Below are positions 9,503 to 18,962 of a stretch of 64,000 nt of DNA, piece by piece. This DNA comes from an uncultured Pelagibacteraceae bacterium (GTDB lineage Bacteria > Pseudomonadota > Alphaproteobacteria > Pelagibacterales > Pelagibacteraceae): the NCBI GenBank assembly GCA_902604605.1, contig CACKZI010000001.1:42863-106862 (forward strand), given 5' to 3'. The notes beneath the pieces are model-generated. The model worked only from the letters and a program-made list of their open reading frames with translations, had not been told where the DNA came from and made no database searches. A program made the position numbers and the translations under genes. Positions within the stretch are counted from its first letter, which is position 1. Every line of letters begins with the position of its first letter.

Positions 9503-10245
9503 TGCTATTGGCAGGTAAAATAGCTGTTATTACGGGCTGCAACAGAGGTATAGGTAAAGCAATTTTAGAAAAGTTTTCAGAAAACGGTGCCAATATTTTT
9601 GCATGTGTAAGAAAAATTGATGATGATTTTTTATCATTAATAAAAAAAATTCAAAAAGAAAATAATAATGAAATTTTTCCTATAGAATTAGATCTTAGTG
9701 ATAAAGAAAATGTAAAAGAAGCTGGTAAAAAAATCTTATCTTACGAAAAAGATATAGATATTCTTATTAATAATGCTGGTTCAATTTCTACTTCTTTATT
9801 CCAGATGACATCAGTTGATAAGTATAAAGAGTTATTTGAAATTAATTTTTATTCACAAATTTTATTTACCCAGACAATTCTAAAGTCTATTATGAAAACT
9901 AAAAGAGGAAATATTGTTTTTATATCATCCAGCTCAGGAATTGATGGCAATGAGGGAAGAAGCGCATATTCCTCATCAAAGGCGGCAATTATAGCACAGT
10001 CAAAAGTTCTTTCTAGAGAACTAGGGAGATACAACATTAAAGTAAATACGGTAGCCCCTGGATTGACTAATACCGATATGATGAAAAAAAATACACCTGA
10101 TAAAATAATTAACGAAGTCGTATCACAAATATCTCTTAATAGAGTGGGGGAACCAAATGAAATTGCTAACGTGGCTCTATTTTTGTCATCTAGTTTATCA
10201 GATTATATCACTGGACAAGTAATTAGAGTAGATGGAGGTATGTGA
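9502..10245 (+). CDS. FabG-like SDR oxidoreductase
   Basis: TGCNRGIG, NNAG, YSSSK, VAPG, TGQVIRVDGG. Confidence 0.9.
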   Translation: MLLAGKIAVITGCNRGIGKAILEKFSENGANIFACVRKIDDDFLSLIKKIQKENNNEIFPIELDLSDKENVKEAGKKILSYEKDIDILINNAGSISTSLFQMTSVDKYKELFEINFYSQILFTQTILKSIMKTKRGNIVFISSSSGIDGNEGRSAYSSSKAAIIAQSKVLSRELGRYNIKVNTVAPGLTNTDMMKKNTPDKIINEVVSQISLNRVGEPNEIANVALFLSSSLSDYITGQVIRVDGGM

Positions 10246-10248
10246 TAA

Positions 10249-11091
10249 ATGCAAGAAGAATTAGAATTAAAATCTTTACAGAAAGTTGAAGATTTCTCCA
10301 AAAAAATTAGAGAAAATATATTAAATATGGCTTACTTAGCTGGATCAAGTAGCGCCCATATCGGTGGAGCTCTTTCAATAGCGGATATTTTATCTTTTTT
10401 ATTTGTTAACAAAATGAAAATTGAACTTAAAAATCCTTTAGATGAAAATAGAGACAGATTTATTTTAAGTAAAGGTCATGCTTGTTTAGCATATTATGCT
10501 GGTTTGTGTGAACTTGGATATATATCTAAAGATGAACTCAAAACTTTTGAGAAGAACAATAGTAATTTATTGGGTCATCCGGTTATTAATCGAAAATTGG
10601 GAATAGAATTTTCAAATGGTTCTCTAGGAATGGGATTATCACTCGGGATAGGAGTCGCAATAGCTTCAAAAAAGAAAAAAAAAAAATTAAATGTTTTTGT
10701 TATTTTGGGTGATGGTGAATGTAATGAGGGATCAGTTTGGGAAGGAGCAATGGCTGCACCAAATTTTAAATTAGATAATCTTCACGTAATTATAGATAGA
10801 AATAATTTTCAACAAACAGGTTCAAATAAAGAAATAATGGATTTAGGTGATTTAAAAAAAAAATGGATTAGTTTTGGTTGGGAAACAATTGAGCTTGATG
10901 GACATAATCTAAATGAACTATCTAATTATTTTTCCAAAAGTGATGAAATTAAAAAACCCAAAGCAATTATTGCTAATACAATTAAGGGAAAAGGCTTTTC
11001 TTTTTCAGAAAATGATAATAGTTGGCATCATGGAATTTTAACAAAATCTATTTATGAAAAAGCTTTAAGTGAACTTAATAATAAAAAATAA
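10249..11091 (+). CDS. Split transketolase, N-terminal ThDP-binding subunit
   Basis: DRFILSKGH, GSLGMG, GDGE...NN ThDP motif, TIKGKG. Confidence 0.92.
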   Translation: MQEELELKSLQKVEDFSKKIRENILNMAYLAGSSSAHIGGALSIADILSFLFVNKMKIELKNPLDENRDRFILSKGHACLAYYAGLCELGYISKDELKTFEKNNSNLLGHPVINRKLGIEFSNGSLGMGLSLGIGVAIASKKKKKKLNVFVILGDGECNEGSVWEGAMAAPNFKLDNLHVIIDRNNFQQTGSNKEIMDLGDLKKKWISFGWETIELDGHNLNELSNYFSKSDEIKKPKAIIANTIKGKGFSFSENDNSWHHGILTKSIYEKALSELNNKK

Positions 11092-11093
11092 AC

Positions 11094-12068
11094 ATGGAAA
11101 TAAATGATAAATTAATAAAAATCTGGTCTACAATTGGTCCAAGAGCAACCTTTGGTATGGCTGCTTTAGAATTTTCAAAAAAATATGAAGATTTAATGAT
11201 AGTTACATCAGATGTTTCAACCTCCGCAGGTCTTGATAGGTTTAGAAAAACTTATCCTGAAAAATATTTAGATGTTGGAATAGCAGAACAAAATATGATT
11301 GGAATAGCCGCAGGTCTTTCGAGTGAGGGATTTAAAGTAATAACTACTACATTTTCACCTTTTCAAACAGCAAGATGTTGTGAACAAATTAAAGTTAATT
11401 TAGGTTATATGAAACACAAAGTTTGCATGGTTGGACTAGCTAGTGGCTTAGTTCTTGGAACACTTGGTTACACACATTGTTCAATTGAAGATATAGGAAT
11501 TTTGAGATCAATTCCTTCAATAACAATAATTTCTCCTGCTGATAGTTTGGAAACTGTTAAAGCAATAGAGGCCAGTATAACTCATGAAAATAGTTGCTAC
11601 ATTAGACTTACTGGATCATCAAATAATCCTATAGTTTATAATAAAGATTACAATTTTGAAATTGGAAAATCTGTAAAATTGAAGGAAGGAAAAGATATAT
11701 CCATCATTTGTTCTGGAGCCATTGTAAGTGAATGCTTGAAAGCATCTGAAATTTTAGAAAAAAAAGGAATTAGCTGTGAGGTAGTAAATATGCATACCAT
11801 AAAACCTGTTGATAAGCAGGCAGTAATAGAGGCTACCAAAAAAAAATTAATTGTAACTGTCGAGGAACATAATATTTTAGGAGGTCTAGGAAGTTCTGTT
11901 GCTGAGGTTAAAGCTCAAATAAAAAATTCTCCTGAACAAATATTTATTGGAGTAAACGATATTTATGATAAAGGAGGAGAGTATGTTTTTCTAAAAGAAA
12001 AACATGGACTATCTTCAGAAAAAATTGTAGAAAACATTCAACAAAATTATAACAACGATGCCATCTAA
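11094..12068 (+). CDS. Split transketolase, C-terminal subunit
   Basis: DVGIAEQNMIG, GYTH, VEEHNILGGLG. Confidence 0.92.
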   Translation: MEINDKLIKIWSTIGPRATFGMAALEFSKKYEDLMIVTSDVSTSAGLDRFRKTYPEKYLDVGIAEQNMIGIAAGLSSEGFKVITTTFSPFQTARCCEQIKVNLGYMKHKVCMVGLASGLVLGTLGYTHCSIEDIGILRSIPSITIISPADSLETVKAIEASITHENSCYIRLTGSSNNPIVYNKDYNFEIGKSVKLKEGKDISIICSGAIVSECLKASEILEKKGISCEVVNMHTIKPVDKQAVIEATKKKLIVTVEEHNILGGLGSSVAEVKAQIKNSPEQIFIGVNDIYDKGGEYVFLKEKHGLSSEKIVENIQQNYNNDAI

Positions 12069-12300
12069 TAAAGAAAAATACATTGAAACATTTGTCAATG
12101 CTCTATCAATTGAAAAGAAAAATTTTAAAGATGATATCAAATATAATGAAATTCCAGAGTGGGACTCTATTGGCCATATGACACTGATATCAGCACTTGA
12201 GGAACAATATAAAATTTCATTCGATACTGACGATATTGTAGATTTTAGTTCATTTCAAAAAGGAATAGAAATTTTAAAAAAATATAAGGTTGAAATTTAG
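12058..12300 (+). CDS. Acyl carrier protein
   Basis: 80 aa and acidic, with WDSIGHM phosphopantetheine Ser motif. Confidence 0.88.
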   Translation: MPSNKEKYIETFVNALSIEKKNFKDDIKYNEIPEWDSIGHMTLISALEEQYKISFDTDDIVDFSSFQKGIEILKKYKVEI

Positions 12301-12324
12301 CCTTTTTATTTTTTAGAATTAAAG

Positions 12325-13650
12325 ATGAAAAAAAAATCAAATTTTAAATCAATTCTTAAATCAGCAAAAAAAAATATTCCTGGAATTTCGGGCTTATTAG
12401 GAAAAAGACCCGATATGTTTTTAAAAGATGATTCCTGGCCAACATTTTATAAGAAAGCAAAAGGAATAAATATTTGGGATTTAAATAACAAGAAATATTT
12501 TGATTTTAGTATGATGAGTGCCGGTACGTGTGCATTAGGCTACGCTGATCCAGATATAAATAAAACGGCGATGAGAGTTATACAAGATGGTTCAATATCC
12601 ACATTAAATCCTCCTGAAGATGTTGAGCTGTCAGAACTGTTGATCAAGGATAATCCTTGGGCTGATAGTGTAAAATTTGCAAGGACTGGTGGTGAATCTA
12701 TGTCAATTGCTGTTAGATTGGCAAGAGCATATACAAAAAAAGAAAAAATTCTTTTTTGTGGCTATCATGGTTGGCATGATTGGTATCTTTCAACAAATTT
12801 AAATTCAAAAAAAAATCTTGATACTCATTTATTACCAGGACTTAATCCATTGGGTGTTCCAAAAGGCTTAACAGGAACTCTAATACCCTTTAGATTTAAT
12901 AATTGGGAAGATTTAGAAAAGAAGGTAAAAAAATTTGCACCAAAATGTGCAGCAATAGTAATGGAACCTTGTAGAGAGTCTTTACCAGATAAAGAATTTA
13001 TTAATGAAATTAAAAGAATATCAAAAAAAAATAACTGTGTTTTGATTTTTGATGAAATTACATCTGGATTTAGGTTAAATTCAAGTGGGGCATATAAACA
13101 GATAAAGGTTATTCCGGATATAGTAGTTTATGGAAAAACAATAGCTAATGGAATTCCAATGGGAGCAATTGTTGGAAAAAAAAAGATTATGGAAAATTCG
13201 CTCAAAACGTTTATTAGCAGTGTTTTTTGGTCAGAAAAACTTGGTCCAGCATGTGCTTTAACATTTATTAAAAAACATAAAAAAAATAATGTAAGCAAAA
13301 AATTAATACTTACTGGAAAAAAAATTAAAAAAATTTGGATTAATGCTGCAAAGCAAAATAATTTACAAATTAAAATAACTGGAATTGATCCACTTGCTTC
13401 ATTTAAATTAAATACAAAAAATTGGCCTGCTACACTTACTTTTTTTATTCAAGAAATGTTGAAGAATAAGATTTTAGCACAAGATAAATGTTATACTAAT
13501 TATATGCATAAAGAAGCTGATATTATAAGGTATAAAGACTCATGTGAGGAAGTTTTTAATAGAATTTCTATCCTTGAAAAAAAAGATAAAATTGTTGAAA
13601 ATTTAAATGGACCAATTAAAGAAATGGGATTTAACCGATTGACAAATTAA
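12325..13650 (+). CDS. Class-III PLP aminotransferase (glutamate-1-semialdehyde aminomutase-like, polysaccharide-locus type)
   Basis: LGY, GYHGWHDW, IFDEITSGFR and YGKTIANG (PLP lysine). Confidence 0.85.
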   Translation: MKKKSNFKSILKSAKKNIPGISGLLGKRPDMFLKDDSWPTFYKKAKGINIWDLNNKKYFDFSMMSAGTCALGYADPDINKTAMRVIQDGSISTLNPPEDVELSELLIKDNPWADSVKFARTGGESMSIAVRLARAYTKKEKILFCGYHGWHDWYLSTNLNSKKNLDTHLLPGLNPLGVPKGLTGTLIPFRFNNWEDLEKKVKKFAPKCAAIVMEPCRESLPDKEFINEIKRISKKNNCVLIFDEITSGFRLNSSGAYKQIKVIPDIVVYGKTIANGIPMGAIVGKKKIMENSLKTFISSVFWSEKLGPACALTFIKKHKKNNVSKKLILTGKKIKKIWINAAKQNNLQIKITGIDPLASFKLNTKNWPATLTFFIQEMLKNKILAQDKCYTNYMHKEADIIRYKDSCEEVFNRISILEKKDKIVENLNGPIKEMGFNRLTN

Positions 13651-13654
13651 AAAG

Positions 13655-14518
13655 ATGAATTCAAACCGTAAAATCTTTAAATATAAAAATTTTAATTATA
13701 TAAATAAATTCTTAAAATCATTTGGTTTAAAAAGCTTCAATAGCAATAGCAAAGTTAAGAAATATGTAAATTTTTTTGAATTAGGAAATATTGTTTTTCA
13801 TTTAAAAGAAGAAAAAAATAAAAAATCAAAACTACCTGATTATTTAAAAGATGTAAAAAAAGACACTTCCATTATAACTTTTAACTTAAATGATTTATCC
13901 AGACTTCATTGGCTTGCTTTATCAAGAAAGGCTTTGAATATTCTGGAAATAGGATCAGGATACTCAACAGTAATTTTTGCAGATGCTTGCAATATACTCT
14001 CATATTATTTTAAAAAAAAAGAAAAATTAAGATTAGAAAAAAAATTTCACATTTATTCATTAGAGGAAAGTAAAAAGTTTCTTAAAATAACTAAAAAAAG
14101 AATTCCAAAAGATTACTCAAAATATGTGTCGCTCATTAGAGCTAAACATAAAATAATTTATTATAAAGGCAAGTATGCAAGTAAATGCTTAAATGTACCA
14201 AATATTTCCCCTGACTTTGTGTACTTAGATGGGCCTTCTCAATATTTTCAAAAAAAAAATCTTGATGGTTTTAATTTTAATTCAATCGCAAGGTTTCCAA
14301 TGTCTGCTGATTTATTAATGTTAGAATATTTCTTTGAACCAGGAGCAGTGATAATTGTTGATGGCAGAACATCTAATGCAAGATTTTTAAGACATCACTT
14401 CAAAAGAAATTGGAAATATTTTCATGATGAAAAGGGAGATATCCATTTTTTTGAGTTAAATGAAAAACCTTTAGGTATTTATAATAAAAGAAAAATGAAA
14501 TTCTGTTTAAACAAATAA
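13655..14518 (+). CDS. Class I SAM-dependent methyltransferase-like protein
   Basis: ILEIGSGYST motif I, DFVYLDGP, PGAVIIVD. Confidence 0.65.
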   Translation: MNSNRKIFKYKNFNYINKFLKSFGLKSFNSNSKVKKYVNFFELGNIVFHLKEEKNKKSKLPDYLKDVKKDTSIITFNLNDLSRLHWLALSRKALNILEIGSGYSTVIFADACNILSYYFKKKEKLRLEKKFHIYSLEESKKFLKITKKRIPKDYSKYVSLIRAKHKIIYYKGKYASKCLNVPNISPDFVYLDGPSQYFQKKNLDGFNFNSIARFPMSADLLMLEYFFEPGAVIIVDGRTSNARFLRHHFKRNWKYFHDEKGDIHFFELNEKPLGIYNKRKMKFCLNK

Positions 14519-14524
14519 TTTAGA

Positions 14525-15559
14525 ATGAAAGTATTTAAAATTGAGAAAAGAATTGTAAGTCAGAGATATAAACCATTAATTATTCCTGAAATTGGGATCA
14601 ATCACAATGGCTCTTTAGAAACAGCAATAAAAATTGTTGACGCTGCAAAAAGAGCTGGTGCAGAAATCATAAAGCACCAAACACATATGCCAGATTTTGA
14701 AATGTCAGTTGAAGCTAAAAAGATTAAACCCGGAAATTCAAAAAGAAACATTTATGACATTATTCTTAAATCAACTTTATCAGAAGAAGATGAATATAAA
14801 CTATTTAGATATGTTAAAAAAAAAGGAATGATCTTTTTAAGCACTCCATTTTGCCGAGAAGCATCAGATAGACTAAATAGATTTGGTGTTAATGCATTTA
14901 AAATTGGATCTGGAGAAATGAATAATATTCCATTAATTGATCATATTTCAAAATATAATAAGCCCATGATAGTTAGTACAGGAATGCATTCATTGAAGAA
15001 TGTTGAAAAAACAGTGAATTTTTTAAAAAGAAAAAAAGCAAATTTTGCTCTTTTACATACAACCAATTTATATCCAACACCTGATCATTTGGTCAGACTC
15101 AATAGTATTAATCAATTAAAAGAAAAGTTTTCAAATATTCAAATTGGTTTATCAGACCACACGCAATCAAATATTTCTGCAATTGGAGCAATTAGTTTAG
15201 GAGCAACTATTATTGAAAAACACTTTGTGGATAAAAAAACAAGAAAAGGACCAGATATAAGTTCTTCAATGGATGAAAATCAATTAAAAGATTTAATTAA
15301 AGATAGTGAAATTATATTTCGTCAAATTAAAGGGGATAAAAAATCATTAAAAGAAGAACAGGTAACAAGAAACTTTGCTTTTAGCTCAGTTGTCAGCATT
15401 AAAAAAATCAAAAAAGGTGAAATGTTTTCATTGAAGAATTTATGGGTGAAAAGACCTGGGACTGGCTATTTAAGTTCTGATAAACTAAATAAAATTATTG
15501 GAAAAAAAGCTAAGAGAATTATTCATAAAAATTATCAAATAAAAAAAAATGATTTCTAA
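14525..15559 (+). CDS. neuB: N-acetylneuraminate synthase
   Basis: EIGINHNGS, KHQTH, STPF, KIGSGE, GLSDHT, EKHF and C-terminal SAF domain (VKRPGTG). Confidence 0.93.
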   Translation: MKVFKIEKRIVSQRYKPLIIPEIGINHNGSLETAIKIVDAAKRAGAEIIKHQTHMPDFEMSVEAKKIKPGNSKRNIYDIILKSTLSEEDEYKLFRYVKKKGMIFLSTPFCREASDRLNRFGVNAFKIGSGEMNNIPLIDHISKYNKPMIVSTGMHSLKNVEKTVNFLKRKKANFALLHTTNLYPTPDHLVRLNSINQLKEKFSNIQIGLSDHTQSNISAIGAISLGATIIEKHFVDKKTRKGPDISSSMDENQLKDLIKDSEIIFRQIKGDKKSLKEEQVTRNFAFSSVVSIKKIKKGEMFSLKNLWVKRPGTGYLSSDKLNKIIGKKAKRIIHKNYQIKKNDF

Positions 15560-16676
15560 AAAAAAAATAATTTTTGTAACTGCCACAAGAGCAGATTTTG
15601 GAAAATTAAAATCTTTAATAAAAATATGTAAATCTAGAAAAGAATTTGAAGTTTTTATAGTAGTTACAGGAATGCATATCATCAAAAATTTTGGCAATAC
15701 ACATTTGGAAATAGATAAATTTTTTAAGTCAAATATTTATAAATTTGAAAATCAAAATCTAGGGGATAGGTTAGAGATAATACTTACTAAAACTACAGAA
15801 AAATTCTCAAAGTATGTCAAAAAAATTAAACCTGATTTAATAGTTTTACATGGAGATAGAGTCGAAACATTAGCCTGTGCATTAGTAGGCTCTTTAAATC
15901 ATATACTAACAGCTCATGTTGAAGGTGGAGAATTGTCCGGTACCATTGATGACACTATAAGACACAGTGTAACAAAGCTAAGTCATGTTCACTTTGTTGG
16001 GTCGGAAGATGCAAAAATGCGGGTTAAAAAGATGGGTGAAATTAAAAATCATATATATAATATCGGCTCACCAGATATTGACGTTATATTAAATGATAAA
16101 TTACCTTCATTTGAACAAGTTAAAAAAAGATATTCTATAAAATATAATGATTATGCAATCTTAGTTTGGCACCCAGTCACTTCAAATCAAAAGTTTTTAA
16201 AAAATGAAACAATATGTCTTTTAAGATTTTTACAAAAACTTAAAAGAAAAATAATTATTATTTATCCAAATAATGATCCAGGTAATAAATTGATTATAGA
16301 TTGTTATAAAAAGCTTAAAAATAAAAATTTTCAAATTATTAAAAGTTTAAGATTTGAATATTTTTTAACTTTATTGAAAAACTCTAAATTTATAATTGGA
16401 AATTCCAGTTCAGCGATTTATGAAGCTCCAATTTTGAAAGTGCCAGCAATAAATATTGGAAATCGGCAACATAAAAGGTTAAACACTAAAGTAATTAAAA
16501 ATTATGAAATTGATGAGTTGAATGAAAAAAAATTAATTAATTTTTTAAGATCCTACAAAGCAACAAAAAAGGTATATTTTGGTTATGGAAATAGTGATAA
16601 AAAATTTATTAAAATTATCTCAAAAAAGGCATTTTGGAATATACCAACACAAAAATTCTTTTCAGATTTTTTATAA
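15549..16676 (+). CDS. neuC: UDP-N-acetylglucosamine 2-epimerase (hydrolysing)
   Basis: TRADFG, TGMH, HGDRVE, HVEGGELSGTIDD, YPNNDPG, GNSSS, GNRQ. Confidence 0.93.
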   Translation: MISKKKIIFVTATRADFGKLKSLIKICKSRKEFEVFIVVTGMHIIKNFGNTHLEIDKFFKSNIYKFENQNLGDRLEIILTKTTEKFSKYVKKIKPDLIVLHGDRVETLACALVGSLNHILTAHVEGGELSGTIDDTIRHSVTKLSHVHFVGSEDAKMRVKKMGEIKNHIYNIGSPDIDVILNDKLPSFEQVKKRYSIKYNDYAILVWHPVTSNQKFLKNETICLLRFLQKLKRKIIIIYPNNDPGNKLIIDCYKKLKNKNFQIIKSLRFEYFLTLLKNSKFIIGNSSSAIYEAPILKVPAINIGNRQHKRLNTKVIKNYEIDELNEKKLINFLRSYKATKKVYFGYGNSDKKFIKIISKKAFWNIPTQKFFSDFL

Positions 16677-16681
16677 AGAAT

Positions 16682-16709
16682 TTGACATTAATATTAAATT
16701 TGATAAATA
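16682..16709 (+). promoter_or_regulatory. Probable sigma70 promoter of the riboswitch-btuB unit
   Basis: TTGACA at 16682-87, 16-nt spacer, extended -10 TGA-TAAATA; predicted start coincides with the riboswitch 5' end. Confidence 0.55.
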
Positions 16710-16716
16710 ATAAATA

Positions 16717-16830
16717 AGCTGAAATGCATGGTGGGAAATCAGTGTGAAATTCATTGGCTGTTCCTGCAACGGTAAAAGTCCGAGCGCCACCCAGCTAGTC
16801 CGGTGTTGAATGATGGCCAGGAAAAGTCTA
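16717..16830 (+). ncRNA. Cobalamin riboswitch, short class-II / AdoCbl-variant type
   Basis: AGCTG/CAGCT closing stem, GGTGG-GAA pairing with B12-box GCCACC, T-loop GTGAAATTC, and L5 TCCTG complementary to L13 CAGGA (kissing loop); sits before a TonB-dependent receptor. Confidence 0.9.
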
Positions 16831-16908
16831 ATTCTGCAATGTAAAATTAACAGCGGCATAAATTAACCCTCTAAACTTTATAGTTTAGAAAAATAGATGG
16901 AGCCAAAA

Positions 16909-18894
16909 ATGCTGTTAAGAGTATATATATTAATTTTTTTATTAATTTTCCCAATAAAAGTTTATTCTGACGATATCCCTGTAATTGTAATTCAAGCACC
17001 AAGCAAGAAACCTCAATCTTTATCAACAGTTGGTACATCGGTAACGATACTTGATGAAAAATTTTTCAACGATTCTACTGAACATTTTCTTGGAGATGCA
17101 TTAGGCACAAGCACGACAGGTGCTAATTTTTTTCAAAGTGGTGGACATGGTACAGCTTCAGCTATTCAATTAAGAGGGATGCCAAAAAGATATTCCACAG
17201 TTTATATTGATGGAGTTAAAATGTCTGATCCTTCAAGTGTATCGAATGATTTTGATTTTAATAATATTTTAACAAGTCAAGTTTCTAGAGTTGAAATTTT
17301 AAAAGGTAATCAAAGTTCAGTTTATGGAAGTGGGGCTATTGGAGGAACTATACATATTACAACAAAAAAAGGAAAACCCGGTTTTCACAAGGATGTAGAA
17401 TACATTGCTGGTTCTCATGATACTCACAATCTATCGGCATCTTTATCTGGTGGAAATAATAATTCAAATTATTTTATAGGTCTTCAGAGATTTCAGACTG
17501 ATGGAATTTCACAAATGACTCATAATGATGAAAAAGATAGATACAGAAATAATGGTTTAGTAGCTAATTATGGCACCAAATTTTCTGAAACTTTAGAATT
17601 ACGAAGTAATGCAAGAGTTTCTGAAACATATTTACAATATGATGCAGCTTGTGTTTCAAATTTATTTGGATGTTCTCCTAATTATAATCATGCAGAAGAA
17701 GCAGATGCTGTTGAGTCATCATATAATATAAGTTTGATACACACACCGATAGAAAAATTCTCAAATAAATTTACTTTAGCAAATACTTATGTAAAAAGAA
17801 TTTATTCTAGAGCTCCAAACAGTAAAAACACTCAACAAGATAACTATTATGGAGATAGATATGCTTTACTTTATCAAGGTGATTATAATTTTAACTTAGA
17901 TAACAGCGTTGTATTCGGATTAGAAAGAGAAGATGACCAAATGGGATATAACAAAGATGCAACCGGAAGGATTGACTCAAGTTCTCATGTTACATCTAAG
18001 TATTTTGACTATCAAAGTAGAATAACAAATAATATTTACGCTACTTTAGGTGCAAGATTTGATGATCATTCATTTGCAGGAAATGAAGACTCTCATAGAG
18101 CTACTCTTGCATATGTGTTTGATGATAAGGCCACGAAATTAAAATCTTCTTATGGAACTGGCTATAGGTTTCCTTCATTATATGAAACTTTTTATGTATG
18201 GAACTCAGCAAATAATTGTAATTTTGGCGGTGCAAATTGTAGACTTATAGGACACAAAAAAGCAGAAACGAGTCAAAGTTATGATTTTGGAATTGAAAAA
18301 ACTATAAATCCAAATTTATTTGTGGATCTAACTTACTTTAATGTTAAATATTTTGATGCTCTTGAAGGTTGGTCAGGTAATAACGCAGCTGGATCTGGTT
18401 CAACTACAGCAAATTCCCCAAGCACTATTAAATCACAAGGTTTAGAATTTATGTCTAATTTTAAATTAAATGAGATGTTAAACTTTGGTTTAAATTATAC
18501 TTACACTCAAACTTATGATGGTGCAGAACAAGACAATCCTAATACTAGCATGATTAATTCTCAAATGGTCAGGGTTCCAAGAAATGTAATGAATTTAATA
18601 ACCAATCTTAAAGTTCCTGGTTATGATAAATTGGATGTGACTTTAAGAACTAAGTGGTCAGATGAAGCAAGAGATTATGGAAATGGAAACGCCAATAGAA
18701 ATGGCTCCCAGTCTTTTGGTGACGCAGAACTAGATAGTTACTTAGTAAATGATTTATCTATAAAATATAATCTTTTAGACAATTATAATTTTTATTTTGA
18801 TATTATAAATATCACAGATAAAAAATATGAAACTGCATTAGATTATTCTCAAATGGATAGAAGTTTTAATTTTGGTATTAAAAGATCATATTAA
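16909..18894 (+). CDS. btuB: TonB-dependent receptor, BtuB-like cobalamin transporter
   Basis: Signal peptide, TonB-box-like IPVIVIQA, plug motifs QLRG, IDGV and RVEILKGNQSSVYGSGAIGG, terminal aromatic residue, cobalamin riboswitch upstream. GGAG SD favours ATG 16909 over 16897. Confidence 0.85.
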   Translation: MLLRVYILIFLLIFPIKVYSDDIPVIVIQAPSKKPQSLSTVGTSVTILDEKFFNDSTEHFLGDALGTSTTGANFFQSGGHGTASAIQLRGMPKRYSTVYIDGVKMSDPSSVSNDFDFNNILTSQVSRVEILKGNQSSVYGSGAIGGTIHITTKKGKPGFHKDVEYIAGSHDTHNLSASLSGGNNNSNYFIGLQRFQTDGISQMTHNDEKDRYRNNGLVANYGTKFSETLELRSNARVSETYLQYDAACVSNLFGCSPNYNHAEEADAVESSYNISLIHTPIEKFSNKFTLANTYVKRIYSRAPNSKNTQQDNYYGDRYALLYQGDYNFNLDNSVVFGLEREDDQMGYNKDATGRIDSSSHVTSKYFDYQSRITNNIYATLGARFDDHSFAGNEDSHRATLAYVFDDKATKLKSSYGTGYRFPSLYETFYVWNSANNCNFGGANCRLIGHKKAETSQSYDFGIEKTINPNLFVDLTYFNVKYFDALEGWSGNNAAGSGSTTANSPSTIKSQGLEFMSNFKLNEMLNFGLNYTYTQTYDGAEQDNPNTSMINSQMVRVPRNVMNLITNLKVPGYDKLDVTLRTKWSDEARDYGNGNANRNGSQSFGDAELDSYLVNDLSIKYNLLDNYNFYFDIINITDKKYETALDYSQMDRSFNFGIKRSY

Positions 18895-18962
18895 ATAAAA
18901 AAGATTAAACTTTTTAATAATACTTAGTTGTATTTTTTGTTTAATTTATTATATCTGAATTG

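Noticed and set aside
10249-12068. Split transketolase as the housekeeping pentose-phosphate enzyme
   Set aside because: A canonical tkt sits in the tkt-gap-pgk-fba operon at the window end.
16671-16859. 62-aa minus-strand ORF
   Set aside because: Antisense to the cobalamin riboswitch, with no recognisable protein features.
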